Counted from the stretch's first letter, positions 52,624 through 63,352 are shown. The stretch: 64,000 bases of DNA from Candidatus Hydrogenedentota bacterium (GCA_963668025.2 CAXXTH010000018.1:480001-544000), one strand, 5' to 3'. Notes: generated by a model from the sequence alone, not told the origin. Program-made: numbers and translations.

Positions 52624-52688
52624 GGTGAACGTTCCAGGGATTGGCATCGATGGAGATATAGGTTCCCTGTTTTTAGCAAACGTTTTCC
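52624..52688 (+). promoter_or_regulatory. Two possible LacI-type operators upstream of the second DUF1559 gene
   Basis: GTGAACGTTCC and GCAAACGTTTTC, CG-centred imperfect palindromes after an AT-rich promoter region. Confidence 0.35.
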
Positions 52689-52770
52689 GTGGCCTCCAAA
52701 GCGCTCAAATCGATGACTGTAAGGAGTGTTCATATCAATGGTGGGTAATCAAGAACGGAGGAATACTCTG

Positions 52771-53868
52771 ATGAGAGGGTATTGGCGGGAAAAGGGATTC
52801 ACACTCATAGAACTCCTCGTCGTTATTGCAATCATCGCGATTCTGGCAGCCATTCTACTACCCGCATTGGCGCGGGCGCGGGAGGCGGCTCGCCGGGCCT
52901 CGTGTTCGAGCAATCTCAAGCAGTGGGGCTTGATTCACACGATGTACGCGAACGAAGCAAAGGGTAATTATCTGCCTCCGATGGGGCCGTTTGTATATAA
53001 AATGGACGAATCGCCCAATTCTGGCACGTATTACTCCATGTCTATTAATGGTTCAACGATCTACCCGGATTATTGGAATGATACCAGCATCGCCATATGC
53101 CCTTCGGATTCCCGCGCGGGAATGAGTTATGTGGGAGTAGAGGAGGATTTCCCTGCCCAGATCACCAAGGCGGCGCGTGCGTATTCGGAAAATTCGACTG
53201 CATATAACAAAGGTTGCCGCGACCTCCTGCTGTCGCTGCCGGTCTCCTATCTGTATTTCGGGTATATGGCCTCCAGCCTTGGGGAATGGGCGGTATTTGG
53301 GCAGTTACGGTGTAATTATTTGAATTATCACCTGAACTATGCCTCGCCAAGGGAAGTGGCCAATTATTCTGGCATTCCGGGAGACATATGTAAAACGATA
53401 TGGGCGGAAACCACATCCGATTTCCAGAATGAGGATCTCACACGAGGCGAAATCTTCCCCAAAAACACCTGCTGGGATGGTTATTCCTGGTGTCGGGATG
53501 AATATGGAAACAGCATCGATAGAGACGTTTGGCCAACCATTCATCGCCTTCGACAGGGGATTGAACGCTTCACAATTACCGATATCAATAATCCCGCAGC
53601 GAGTTCCACCGGCCAAAGCGGCATCGTGGTCATGTTTGATGCCTGGGGAGGAGCCAATACGATACACAATTGGAATGGTTTTGTGCATGACAAAGCCATT
53701 CATAACTTCAACCATATACCCGGCGGCTCGAATGTGCTGTATATGGACGGCCATGTAAGCTTTCAAAGGTACAGCGACGATAAATTCCCCTGCGGAAAAG
53801 GCACGGATGAAAACAGCAATTCAAACGTGCCAGCAGTGGTGGGCCACTTGTACGGCGGCGTCGGCTGA
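52771..53868 (+). CDS. DUF1559 prepilin-type protein with H-X9-DG C-terminus
   Basis: [35 protein letters not shown]; [14 protein letters not shown]; [16 protein letters not shown]; RBS GGAGG. Confidence 0.92.
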   Translation: MRGYWREKGFTLIELLVVIAIIAILAAILLPALARAREAARRASCSSNLKQWGLIHTMYANEAKGNYLPPMGPFVYKMDESPNSGTYYSMSINGSTIYPDYWNDTSIAICPSDSRAGMSYVGVEEDFPAQITKAARAYSENSTAYNKGCRDLLLSLPVSYLYFGYMASSLGEWAVFGQLRCNYLNYHLNYASPREVANYSGIPGDICKTIWAETTSDFQNEDLTRGEIFPKNTCWDGYSWCRDEYGNSIDRDVWPTIHRLRQGIERFTITDINNPAASSTGQSGIVVMFDAWGGANTIHNWNGFVHDKAIHNFNHIPGGSNVLYMDGHVSFQRYSDDKFPCGKGTDENSNSNVPAVVGHLYGGVG

Positions 53869-53973
53869 GTGGCTGTTCTGTAGAGGATTTTGAAGCAACA
53901 CGTGTTTATTAGTGCTCTGGCAAAATGGATCTCACAACTTTTTGTGCGATGAACGATGAAAGGGGGCGTTATC

Positions 53974-55290
53974 ATGAAGAAAACAAGAGTTATGTGGATG
54001 GCCTTAGCGTCTGTGTTCGCGGTGGCTTGGGCTCAAGCGGCGACGGTCTATGTGTCGAAGTCTTACCCACAGAACGCGGCGCGGGGCGGTGATGTATTTG
54101 AAACTCCCTATATGGGTTTCGCCAGATACATCGCCGATTCCTATTCTACGGATCTGAATGTAACCGATGAGATCATCATCGAAGATAGTTCGCTTTACCA
54201 TGCGGATGAGCCCGACGGTAATTTCCACATGGGTAATGGGCCTGTTTACCTGCATGCCGTGGAAGGGCAACGACCGGTTTTGCAGGCGAGCGCGGATGCG
54301 ACAGCGGACTCCACCTACGGGAACTGTTGTGTCATTAATTTTTCGTATCCAACAGGAACCGTGGTTGAGGGAATTACGTTTGTTTCTCATCAGGTTTTTA
54401 ATCCAGATGCGTATAACAACGCCATGTTGATATTTGGCAATTGGAGCAGTTCGTTTGAAGCGCCTATTGTGCGAGACTGCATCTTCATTAGTACGGAGGG
54501 AATGAATTGCATCACATACGCCAGCGGCGGCATTGCGGGGATTGACGCCGTAGAGATTGATCATTGCGCGTTTTACATTTCCTACGATGTAGATAAATCC
54601 GCCATGCCGTTGCGCTATAACGGCACAGGGACAGATGTTTGGGACGCCGATCACTGTTCATTTGTCATGAGTAATGGCGTGTATGTCGGAGTGGATTTCC
54701 CATTTCTGAATATCACGAACAGCATTGTCACGAATGCACAGGAATGGGGCGCATTCACCAGTCCGCAGAACAATCTGATTGATCGTTGCTTTATCTCCAA
54801 TATTGGGAGCTGGAGCGGTGTGTTTCCTAATCCTGACACGAATATCCCAGCAGAGCATAATGGCAATGTCTTCGCTGATCCCAAATGGGCGGGAGATCCA
54901 TCGACAGGTGATTTTTTGATGCAAGCGGATTCGCCTTGTGTTTTCAATGGGGCCAATAATATCGGTTACGACATTTGGACTGGCGCTTCCAGCCTTGTGG
55001 AAGTGCCGGATGTGTCGGCCATGTCAGAATCCGCGGCCGTCACCGCGCTGGAAGAAGCTGGATTTATCGTGACAGTCCAGTATGAATCCAATGATTCGAT
55101 CCCGGCGGGCAGCGCCGTCCGTACGGAACCCGGGGCCGGTGAGGAACTGGATTCGGGTTCGGCTGTTACGCTGGTTGTTTCCACAGGGGCTTCGGGCTCG
55201 AATTTGCCCTTGTCAACCCTATTGGGCTTAACGCTATTAGGGGGGGCGATATGCCTGGGCGGTATTGCATGCGCCTATCGCCGCGGCTGA
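53974..55290 (+). CDS. Surface protein: pectin-lyase-like beta-helix + PASTA domain + sorting tail
   Basis: Signal peptide; VEGITF, VRDCIF, IDHCAF, ITNSIV and ADPKW...DFLMQADSPC motifs; VEVPDVSAMS...GSAVTLVVSTG (PASTA); LPLS-TM-RR tail. Confidence 0.75.
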   Translation: MKKTRVMWMALASVFAVAWAQAATVYVSKSYPQNAARGGDVFETPYMGFARYIADSYSTDLNVTDEIIIEDSSLYHADEPDGNFHMGNGPVYLHAVEGQRPVLQASADATADSTYGNCCVINFSYPTGTVVEGITFVSHQVFNPDAYNNAMLIFGNWSSSFEAPIVRDCIFISTEGMNCITYASGGIAGIDAVEIDHCAFYISYDVDKSAMPLRYNGTGTDVWDADHCSFVMSNGVYVGVDFPFLNITNSIVTNAQEWGAFTSPQNNLIDRCFISNIGSWSGVFPNPDTNIPAEHNGNVFADPKWAGDPSTGDFLMQADSPCVFNGANNIGYDIWTGASSLVEVPDVSAMSESAAVTALEEAGFIVTVQYESNDSIPAGSAVRTEPGAGEELDSGSAVTLVVSTGASGSNLPLSTLLGLTLLGGAICLGGIACAYRRG

Positions 55291-55312
55291 TTGCATATCC
55301 GTCCTGCCACAA

Positions 55313-55345
55313 GATGGCCGTCGTTTTCCTCTGCCGGCGGCCATC
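55313..55345 (+). terminator. Stem-loop between the surface protein gene and GH31
   Basis: GATGGCCGTCG/CGGCGGCCATC stem; no U-tract, so it may be a stabiliser. Confidence 0.4.
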
Positions 55346-55452
55346 AGTGCTATATAATGACATGGCCAAAGTTTTCCATGCTCGATTCATAGATTGCTTT
55401 CATTCCATGTATCAATATAGACAACAGTAACCGTAACATAAGGAAGAGCAAG

Positions 55453-58425
55453 ATGCACCGTATTCTATGTTTGTTGATGATCCTCCCGGGCCTGGCCGGA
55501 TGGGCGCAAGAAATAATTCCCGTGGGAGATTCCACTCCGGCGGCTGTCCGTTTTCAAGTGCTTTCGCCCACTTTAGTGCGCATGGAGTATGCACCCAGCG
55601 GCGCATTTACAGATGCGCCCAGCGTCGTGGTGATGCGACGCGAATGGCCTTCTGTTTCTTATACAAAATCCACGGAAGATGGATGGTTTAGGTTGGACAC
55701 CGGTTCCATGGTGTTGCATTATCAACTGGGGAGTGGCGCATTTACCGCAGATACGTTGCACATCACCTGGAAAGATGCGAATGGCGAGCACATATGGCAT
55801 GCAGGTGATGCCGATACTGAAAATCTGGGCGGCATAGGATTAGACGCCGATATGTGGAAGCGTAACCGCACCGGACAGGCGTCTGAATTCCCGGGCTTAA
55901 TCAGCCGGAAGGGCTGTACATTGTTTGATGACAGCCAAACGGCTATATGGGATGCGGATGCCCAATGGGTGAAGGATCGGCCGGATACGCAAGGTGTTGA
56001 TTGGTTCTTTTTCTTGTATGGCAATGACTACAAGCGCATGTTTCAGGAATATATCCAACTGACTGGCCCATCACCGATGGTGCCTCGTTATATCATGGGA
56101 ACGACTATTGCCTCCCGGCACGGCTATTCAGGCCATGAATGGAAATTAATTATCGACCAATTCCGTGAAAAGAACATCCCGCTGGATGTTTTGATGATGG
56201 ATTCGGTCTCTTCAGCGAAAAAAGTTTGGAGCGGAGGCGACTGGGACTTAGAGCAGATACCAGATCCCGTAGGATTCATGCGTGACATGAAGGAGCGCGG
56301 CATTCATGTCTCCAAGATCATGCACTATGGCATTTTCTCTGACTGGGTGGCGGATAAATTGATCAGTAGCGACGATAGCCAATTTGAAAACATTCGCAAA
56401 GCAGTTGGATTCCCTGAGGGGATCACCGGACTGGATCTGGATGTCTCCAATAAACAACAAGCCCAGGCATTCATTGATTACATGGTCAAGCCATCCCTGG
56501 ATATGGGGATGGCGTTCTGGTGGATGGATGGATGCCCCATCGTGACAATGCAAGGATTGCGGCAGCACGATGGACTTGGTTCATTAATGTGGGCGCGGCA
56601 TCTGCAATATACAGCCTCTGAACAAATCACGGGGCGCCGGACTTTTGTGTTATGCCGGCATGGAGGACCGGGTTCACATCGCTATCCAGGCCATTTCACC
56701 GGTGACGTCTCTCCCCAATGGTCCACCCTTGAATATCTGGTTCCTCATACCGTGCGTGCAGGAAATTCCATGGAGCCATTTATATCGAATGAATGGTTCA
56801 TGTATCCCAATCTCGATCCTGAAATGTATGCCCGTGTCGTGCAGTTTTTGAGCTTCACTCCCGTGACGCACCTGCTTGGCATTCTAGGGATGCGGATGCC
56901 ATGGGAATATGGCCCGCAAGGTGAAGAGCAATGCAAGACCTTCTTCGGATTGAGGTATAAACTCCTGCCTTATCTCTATACGCTTACGCGCGAAACCCAT
57001 GAAACGGGCCTGCCGATCGTGCGAGGAATGTATTTAAACTACCCAGAGCAAAATGAGTCGTATACATACATGGGACAATATATGATGGGTGAGCATTTAC
57101 TATTGGCTCCTGTCACCCGCCCCGGCTACGGCGAACCGGTGTTACAAACGCTCTATTTGCCTCAAGGCGCACGCTGGTATGATTATTTCACTGGTGCTAT
57201 CTACGAAGGCGGCCAGGTGTTGGATTACGATTGCCCGCTGGAACGCATGCCCTTGTTTGTGCGTGCGGGCGCCATTATACCTATGGCTCCTCCGATGAAC
57301 TGGAGCGATGAACGTCCACTGGATCCCTTGATTCTGGATGTATATGCATCGGATAACGGCGCGGTAGGCCAATTATACGAAGATGATGGCATATCTCTGG
57401 AGTATCGTAACAACCAATTCGCGTGGACTCGAGTTGAAATGCGGCCCATGGATGGCCAAGTAGGCGATTACTCGTTGGTGATTCATCCAACGGAAGGCCA
57501 GTTTCCGGGGCAGCCTGCGGAACGGCGGTATCTGATTCAGATACATGGCCTTCTCAAACCTTCCGAAATCACACAAGACGGACAGCCGTTGCCACAAATC
57601 AGCACAGCCTTTGATGGCAAAGGCTGGATGTGGGATTCTATGCGGAAGGTGCTTGCCATCCAATTGACTAATGCTATGCCCATCGCTCAGGAAGTGCGTC
57701 TTCAGCTCACAGGAGCGGGCACATCCGCGGATGTTATGCAGGCTCAGCAATTGGGTGAATTCCTTGAGCGGATCCGTAGGACCAAGCATGAGTTTAATTT
57801 GAAGTATGTGATGCTGAGTGAATTATGGGAACACGCCAAACCGCCACGGTTTTTCCGGGAATCGGAAGCTATCGAGGAGGAAATCAGTAATTATCTTGCG
57901 CGGCCGCAAGATTGGAAGGGGCAGCCTCTCGATCACCGCGCAATGGCCAATCATATACTGGCGGCTATGGAAAACCAGCCATTTGAATCCAACCGGATAC
58001 TTCCACATCCTTCCCAACAAAGCCAGGAAGTGTCGAAAAAACTCGAGTTTGCCGAGTGCAGTCCTTTGGAGCTGGAACGAGCCAAATCTTTGCTTCTTGG
58101 ATTGAATGTGCGAGCATTAGTGATTGAGGATCATCCTGAGGTGTTCACCACGGGGCCATATCTGCACATCAAGGCCAAACTAGATTATGATGCGGCGGCA
58201 GTGCCCGAAGATGCGAAGGTCATTTTGGAATTGCAATGCCCAGAAGAAGGCATGCCGGGTTATGCCATTCATCTCCCGGTGCTCGAACCGGATGGTTGGA
58301 CGCGTTTTGATGTCCGCTACCCTAATGAACCTGCTCCTGGCTCCCATATTTTCAAAGTCCGCGCTACATTGACATGGCAAAACCAACATATTGAAACATG
58401 GAAAGATGTTCGCTGGATGCATTGA
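55453..58425 (+). CDS. Secreted GH31 glycosidase with DUF5110 and C-terminal extension
   Basis: IPLDVLMMD, FWWMDG (nucleophile), HRYPGHFTGD, RYKLLPYLYT, PLFVRAGAIIP and LYEDDG motifs. Confidence 0.92.
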   Translation: MHRILCLLMILPGLAGWAQEIIPVGDSTPAAVRFQVLSPTLVRMEYAPSGAFTDAPSVVVMRREWPSVSYTKSTEDGWFRLDTGSMVLHYQLGSGAFTADTLHITWKDANGEHIWHAGDADTENLGGIGLDADMWKRNRTGQASEFPGLISRKGCTLFDDSQTAIWDADAQWVKDRPDTQGVDWFFFLYGNDYKRMFQEYIQLTGPSPMVPRYIMGTTIASRHGYSGHEWKLIIDQFREKNIPLDVLMMDSVSSAKKVWSGGDWDLEQIPDPVGFMRDMKERGIHVSKIMHYGIFSDWVADKLISSDDSQFENIRKAVGFPEGITGLDLDVSNKQQAQAFIDYMVKPSLDMGMAFWWMDGCPIVTMQGLRQHDGLGSLMWARHLQYTASEQITGRRTFVLCRHGGPGSHRYPGHFTGDVSPQWSTLEYLVPHTVRAGNSMEPFISNEWFMYPNLDPEMYARVVQFLSFTPVTHLLGILGMRMPWEYGPQGEEQCKTFFGLRYKLLPYLYTLTRETHETGLPIVRGMYLNYPEQNESYTYMGQYMMGEHLLLAPVTRPGYGEPVLQTLYLPQGARWYDYFTGAIYEGGQVLDYDCPLERMPLFVRAGAIIPMAPPMNWSDERPLDPLILDVYASDNGAVGQLYEDDGISLEYRNNQFAWTRVEMRPMDGQVGDYSLVIHPTEGQFPGQPAERRYLIQIHGLLKPSEITQDGQPLPQISTAFDGKGWMWDSMRKVLAIQLTNAMPIAQEVRLQLTGAGTSADVMQAQQLGEFLERIRRTKHEFNLKYVMLSELWEHAKPPRFFRESEAIEEEISNYLARPQDWKGQPLDHRAMANHILAAMENQPFESNRILPHPSQQSQEVSKKLEFAECSPLELERAKSLLLGLNVRALVIEDHPEVFTTGPYLHIKAKLDYDAAAVPEDAKVILELQCPEEGMPGYAIHLPVLEPDGWTRFDVRYPNEPAPGSHIFKVRATLTWQNQHIETWKDVRWMH

Positions 58426-58550
58426 GTTTTTTGTTTCGGAAACAGTTCCATAAGATATAAAAACCACACCTATGGCATTGAATGGATGGGAGAAGTCTTG
58501 CATTGTCGCGGCGGCAGTTCTCCTCCCACCCCCATAAGCGCTAACCTTAT

Positions 58551-58579
58551 TTGATGTCTCCTGACGAATCTTCTATACT
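58551..58579 (+). promoter_or_regulatory. Transposase promoter TTGATG-17-TATACT, probably leaderless
   Basis: ATG lies 6 nt after the -10 box; no SD sequence. Confidence 0.6.
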
Positions 58580-58585
58580 GGGTGC

Positions 58586-59677
58586 ATGGAAGCAGCGTGG
58601 AATGAGAATTGGCAGTGTTTACAGCGTTTTCTCCCTGCTGGATGGGAGGACAAGGCTCGTGAATTGGGCGCGTGGCACCGCAAGCCTCGTTCTATATCGT
58701 CGACGGAATCGCTCCTGCGCTTGCTGTTGATCCATTTGGCGGATGGGTGTTCTCTGCGTGAGGCTGTCGTTCGTGCTCGAGAAGGGAATGTGGCGTCCGT
58801 GTCGGATGTGACACTTCTTAAGCGGTTGCGTGCTTCGGGGGAATGGCTGCGGTGGATGGCCGTAGAGATACTTCAACGTCGCGCGGGACCGTGCGTTCGG
58901 CCTGCATGGCTGGAGTATTACCGTGTTCGCGTCGTGGATGCGAGCGTTGTCTGCGAACCGGGAAGCACGGGAACGGACTGGCGCGTTCACTACAGCCTAT
59001 GTTTATACGGTCTTCAATGCGATGAGTTTCATATTACCGGCCCGAAGGTTGGAGAGAGTTTCGCGCGATTCCGAGTCTCGCCTGGCGACCTATTGCTCGG
59101 AGATCGTGCTTATGGGCATCTCAAAGGTTTTCGTTATGTGCTCGGCCATAACGGGAACTTTCTGACGCGTCTTAAGAATAAAGCCTTCAGTCTTCGGAAT
59201 GGCGCAGGGAACACCTGTCCACTGGCTGGATTGGTGGCGTCTCTAGAGGTAGGGGAAGTGGGTGATTGGGCCCTGATTGGCCAGGCAAAGGGGCAGGAGG
59301 AGCTGGCGCTACGGATCTGTGCGCTGCGTTTGAGCGAGGAAGCCGCCGCGCAAAGCATCCGCCGGGCGAAGAAAGAGCTAAGCAAGAAGCAACGGAGTCT
59401 GGATCCCGAAACGCTTGTGCTGCATCGCTACGTCATACTGGCCACATCCTTGCCGGATTCAATATCGCCGCACCAGGTTATCGAGTTGTACCGGGCGCGC
59501 TGGCAGGTGGAGTTGGCCTTCAAACGGATGAAGTCGATTATGGGATTGGGACACTTGCCAAAGGAAGACGAGGAGTCGGCCAAGGCTTGGCTCCACGGCA
59601 AAATGCTTGTCTCCTGCCTTGCCCAGGCCATTGTTGATGAGGGGCGCTTTTTTTCCCCCTGGGGATATCCACTGTGA
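58586..59677 (+). CDS. IS4 family transposase
   Basis: VVDAS, LGDRAY and YRARWQVELAFKRMKS (DDE/YREK) motifs. Confidence 0.95.
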   Translation: MEAAWNENWQCLQRFLPAGWEDKARELGAWHRKPRSISSTESLLRLLLIHLADGCSLREAVVRAREGNVASVSDVTLLKRLRASGEWLRWMAVEILQRRAGPCVRPAWLEYYRVRVVDASVVCEPGSTGTDWRVHYSLCLYGLQCDEFHITGPKVGESFARFRVSPGDLLLGDRAYGHLKGFRYVLGHNGNFLTRLKNKAFSLRNGAGNTCPLAGLVASLEVGEVGDWALIGQAKGQEELALRICALRLSEEAAAQSIRRAKKELSKKQRSLDPETLVLHRYVILATSLPDSISPHQVIELYRARWQVELAFKRMKSIMGLGHLPKEDEESAKAWLHGKMLVSCLAQAIVDEGRFFSPWGYPL

Positions 59678-60135
59678 CGATATCTACCGCGAGGCCTCCT
59701 TGTGGCGCGAACTCTCTTTCGCCTTGCACCTCCTTCGCCAAGCGGTCAATCCGACGCTTGGATTATCCGAATGCATCAGCCAGTGGCGGGAAATCGCGAG
59801 AGATCTGGCAGAGCCCCCAAGGAAGCGAATGCAACAGTTGCGTGGTTTGATGGAGGCAATATAAGGTTAGCGCTTATGCCTCCCATCCCTGTTTAAATTG
59901 AAGCGACAAGGTGTTTGCAGGCAGTGTCTCATAGACTAATATACTGTCAATGAAGCGGCCTCGATTGCGAGTGAATTGCTTAAAAACTGGACGCGCGAAT
60001 CGGTCCGGCTGGCATTCACGCCAGGCAGATTCCGTCCGCCACGTGCTCGAAATGTCCTCGCGCTGCATCAGGAGGGGGAACGCTCCCTAGCGAAACATAC
60101 TAAGAAAGAGGCTTTAACTGAGAGGATGCCGGCCT

Positions 60136-61185
60136 GTGAAACCCATGAGTTCTGTTGAGCGTGTTACTACTGTGCTCGATGGTGGAATCCCTGATCGCGT
60201 GCCTGTTGGCCTTCACAATTTTCTGATGGCTTGCCATATGGTGTCTTTGCCTTTTGATGAGATGACTCAGAATGGCGAGGCGCTGGCGGAGGCTCAATTG
60301 CTCGCGTGGCGTGAGTTTAGGCATGACGTTATCATGCACGAAAATGGCGTCTGTGCTGAGGCGGAAGCGTTTGGCGCAAAGGTACACTATCAGCCAGACC
60401 AGCCGCCTTACATCGCAGAACCTTTGATCAAGTCACTGAGTGATATCGACACGTTGCGCGTTCCTGATCCTGAAACCACCTATCCCCTCAACGAGCTTAT
60501 TCGAGGGACACGCATCATCGCCCGGGAAACAAATGGCAGGGCCTTCATCAACGGGCGATCAGATCAAGGGCCTATTGCTCTGGCTTGTGCGCTTTGTGGA
60601 CCCGAACAATTTCTCATCCGACTAACCAATCCGGATCTCGGCCCTTGGGTAAACCATCTGCTTGACCTTTGCAGCCAGATGAATATTTCTCTCGGCAAGG
60701 CGCAATGCCGTGCAGGCGCGCATTGCTCAACTATTGGGCTGGCGGGAACTAGCCTTATATCACCTCTCCTCTTTGATCAGTTTGAAGCGCCACGCGCTGC
60801 CGCTTTCTGCACTGCTTTGAATGCGATGGGCTGTTATGGGTTTACACACACTTGTGGCAAAGAAACACATCTCATTGAGAGTCTTATAAGCACTGGCGCT
60901 GATGCTCTCGAACTCGATCCAGGCACCGATCCTGTGTTATGCAAGGCGGCCATACAAGGCCGCGCCACCATTTTTGGAATGCTGGATCCTGCACACATTC
61001 TCGCTTCCGGTTTAACAGATAAGGTGCGGCAGCACGTGCTTGATACGCTGGATATCATGGCGCCGCGTGGATGCTTTATTATCGGCCCAGGTTGTGCGCT
61101 ACCCGCTGACACGAAGGCCGAAAACATTCATGTTCTCATGGAAACCGTACGCGAAAACGGTAACTACTACAATAATGACATATAA
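60136..61185 (+). CDS. URO-D / MtaA-CmuA methyltransferase-fold protein
   Basis: ERV...PDRVPV, EAEAFGA, ISPLLFDQF, HTCG, GMLDP and GPGCALP...ENI motifs. Confidence 0.85.
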   Translation: MKPMSSVERVTTVLDGGIPDRVPVGLHNFLMACHMVSLPFDEMTQNGEALAEAQLLAWREFRHDVIMHENGVCAEAEAFGAKVHYQPDQPPYIAEPLIKSLSDIDTLRVPDPETTYPLNELIRGTRIIARETNGRAFINGRSDQGPIALACALCGPEQFLIRLTNPDLGPWVNHLLDLCSQMNISLGKAQCRAGAHCSTIGLAGTSLISPLLFDQFEAPRAAAFCTALNAMGCYGFTHTCGKETHLIESLISTGADALELDPGTDPVLCKAAIQGRATIFGMLDPAHILASGLTDKVRQHVLDTLDIMAPRGCFIIGPGCALPADTKAENIHVLMETVRENGNYYNNDI

Positions 61186-61417
61186 ATTTAATGGCTATAT
61201 AAAGATAGTTAATAAATTTTTGGCAAACGATCAAACAACTGCATTGGGTTGCGCCATTTCATCAATTCTGGACGCGGCAAACAAAAAGGGTAACGATCGC
61301 TGTGGAACAATAAGCTCTACGGCACAACACTCCATCGCGATTGGTCTTATGCACCAAGTATGCCAACAACGTAAGAATGAGTGATTTACGTGCTCTAGCC
61401 GTTTATGAGGATAGACC

Positions 61418-63352
61418 TCACCGAATATCGGTTTGCTCCACTTTACCTGCATATGGATTTTTGAGGTAATACAAAAAACCGTCTTCCGCGCCAATCAGCA
61501 GATCCGGAATGCCATTTTTATCCCAATCGACAATGGCCGGGCATGTGGAATGGCCCGCCAGCACGCGCGAATCAAGCGCTTCGGGGCCGGCAAACATGTA
61601 GTCTCCCGGAACGCCTAGATTGAGGAGCAGATCGATATTCTTCCCATTCACCAACAGATCGAGATCTCCATCCCGATCCCAATCCGCGAACGCTATTTTG
61701 CGGCGGCCGCTTTTGCCTGCGATTCCATTATTAAGCTGCAACGGAGCGCCTTTGGAATCCTTAAAAATGCGCTGGGGCGGCAAAAGCGCCAGATGTCCAT
61801 CCTGGGGCTTGCGCTCGAAATACGCCAGATATCCTTCTTGATCCAGCATGGCCAAATCGTTGAGCCCATCGCGATTCAAATCAATGATACAGGGTGTGGT
61901 GCGCCATTGCGTGACAAGCTGCTTGCCTTTAGGCGTCCACCATACCCATGCAGGCTTTGGGGTATTGCCTTCCCACTCGACGGTGATGGGCTGTGCGGCG
62001 GCCAATACAGGCGATGTGGATGCGCCGGTATTGCGAAACCATAGCACCTCGCCCCAAATGCTATTGATCACGATATCCAGCTTGCCGTCATGATCCCAAT
62101 CCGCCACATTCGTAACTGTATACCCCCATTTGGCTTCACAAGGCCCCTGAATGGAGCCGTTAGGACCGGCCTGAATCCGAATCGTTTTCCCATCCGCTTC
62201 GAGCCGCACGGGGGCCGCCCATTTTGGGGGATCACCGCCATCCAAATTCTTTACAAAACTGATGAAACCTGCTGTATCTCCTACAATCAGATCTTCCAGG
62301 CCGTCTCCGTCCCAATCGCACCCAAACGGCGTGGCAAGCGCGCCGATCTTCACCATGTCCGCTTGCTGCTGGAAAAATCGCGGAGCCAAGAACTGGGGCA
62401 TGCCTTCTTTACACACGCCTGTGTTCTCCACCAGCGCCACCCGCCCATCTTCCTGCCCCACCACTAAGTCCACATCCCCATCGGCATCCCAATCCACCGA
62501 AGCAACTTGCAGCATCTCCAGCTCCATTTGAATATTTTCGCCATTGGACTGGAGATAGCGGCCCGCCGCATAAACAGGCTCGCGCCGCGTGCCGGTATTT
62601 TCGAAATAGGACAGCTTATCCATAAACTCGCCGCATACCAGGTCTAAATCGCCATCCCCATCCCAATCCGCGAAATTCGGTGAAGGCGTGCCGTATACAT
62701 CCAACAATTTCCCCCCAGCGGAAATCCGCACTGCTTCGCCATATTGCGGCTTGTCATTCGAGCCTGTGTTTTTCACCCAATACACATAGCCGTGCAAGGG
62801 CCCATTGGTCCATCGACCCTCGGCATCAAACGCATTGTCCCAGCCATACTCCGTCCAGTCGTCCATGCCGATGAGGAGATCCAACAGGCCATCGCCATCA
62901 TAATCGGCAAGGCTCCATTGATTGGCGCGCTGAGCCTCAAGTGTTTGCTTATAAGGAATAGGCTCCGGTTCCCCGAAGCCGCCCGCGCCGAAACGCGGAT
63001 ACCGGCTCCCTGGGGAGAGCACATGCGGGATTCCATTTGTGTACGATAGAGTCACATTGGCCATCCCTGGCCCGATTTTCCGGCCAGGCCGGAATAGCGG
63101 ATGTTTCGCATCCACACCGATGTTCTCAAAATAATACGCGCCATTCGAAGGAACATCATTCGTAACCACTACTAGGTCACAATCGCCATCCTGGTCAGCG
63201 TCGATGGGGAGTGGTTGCGGCCAAAGGCCCACACCCAGATCCACCACCAGTTCCGGATTCTGGTACGCAAGTTGAGCCAGCCTGCTCCCTTCATCGGCTA
63301 AGGTTGAGACATGCAACAGAATAGCCGCTACCGCTAAAACCATTGGTTTCAT
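61418..63352 (-). CDS. Secreted FG-GAP/VCBS repeat protein
   Basis: Signal peptide; about 9 D[WY]DGDGxxDL repeats with YFEN.G. Confidence 0.9.
   Translation of the reverse strand: MKPMVLAVAAILLHVSTLADEGSRLAQLAYQNPELVVDLGVGLWPQPLPIDADQDGDCDLVVVTNDVPSNGAYYFENIGVDAKHPLFRPGRKIGPGMANVTLSYTNGIPHVLSPGSRYPRFGAGGFGEPEPIPYKQTLEAQRANQWSLADYDGDGLLDLLIGMDDWTEYGWDNAFDAEGRWTNGPLHGYVYWVKNTGSNDKPQYGEAVRISAGGKLLDVYGTPSPNFADWDGDGDLDLVCGEFMDKLSYFENTGTRREPVYAAGRYLQSNGENIQMELEMLQVASVDWDADGDVDLVVGQEDGRVALVENTGVCKEGMPQFLAPRFFQQQADMVKIGALATPFGCDWDGDGLEDLIVGDTAGFISFVKNLDGGDPPKWAAPVRLEADGKTIRIQAGPNGSIQGPCEAKWGYTVTNVADWDHDGKLDIVINSIWGEVLWFRNTGASTSPVLAAAQPITVEWEGNTPKPAWVWWTPKGKQLVTQWRTTPCIIDLNRDGLNDLAMLDQEGYLAYFERKPQDGHLALLPPQRIFKDSKGAPLQLNNGIAGKSGRRKIAFADWDRDGDLDLLVNGKNIDLLLNLGVPGDYMFAGPEALDSRVLAGHSTCPAIVDWDKNGIPDLLIGAEDGFLYYLKNPYAGKVEQTDIR

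Larger units (their letters stand above)
58533..59878 (+). mobile_element. Intact 1346-bp IS4-family (IS186/IS421-like) element
   Basis: Perfect 18-bp TIR CATAAGCGCTAACCTTAT; 11-bp TSD CCTCCCACCCC/CCTCCCATCCC (one mismatch). Confidence 0.95.

Noticed and set aside
55453-58425. GH31 as sulfoquinovosidase YihQ
   Set aside because: Nucleophile context is FWWMDG rather than the WMADFGE type, and the protein is larger and secreted; substrate left open.
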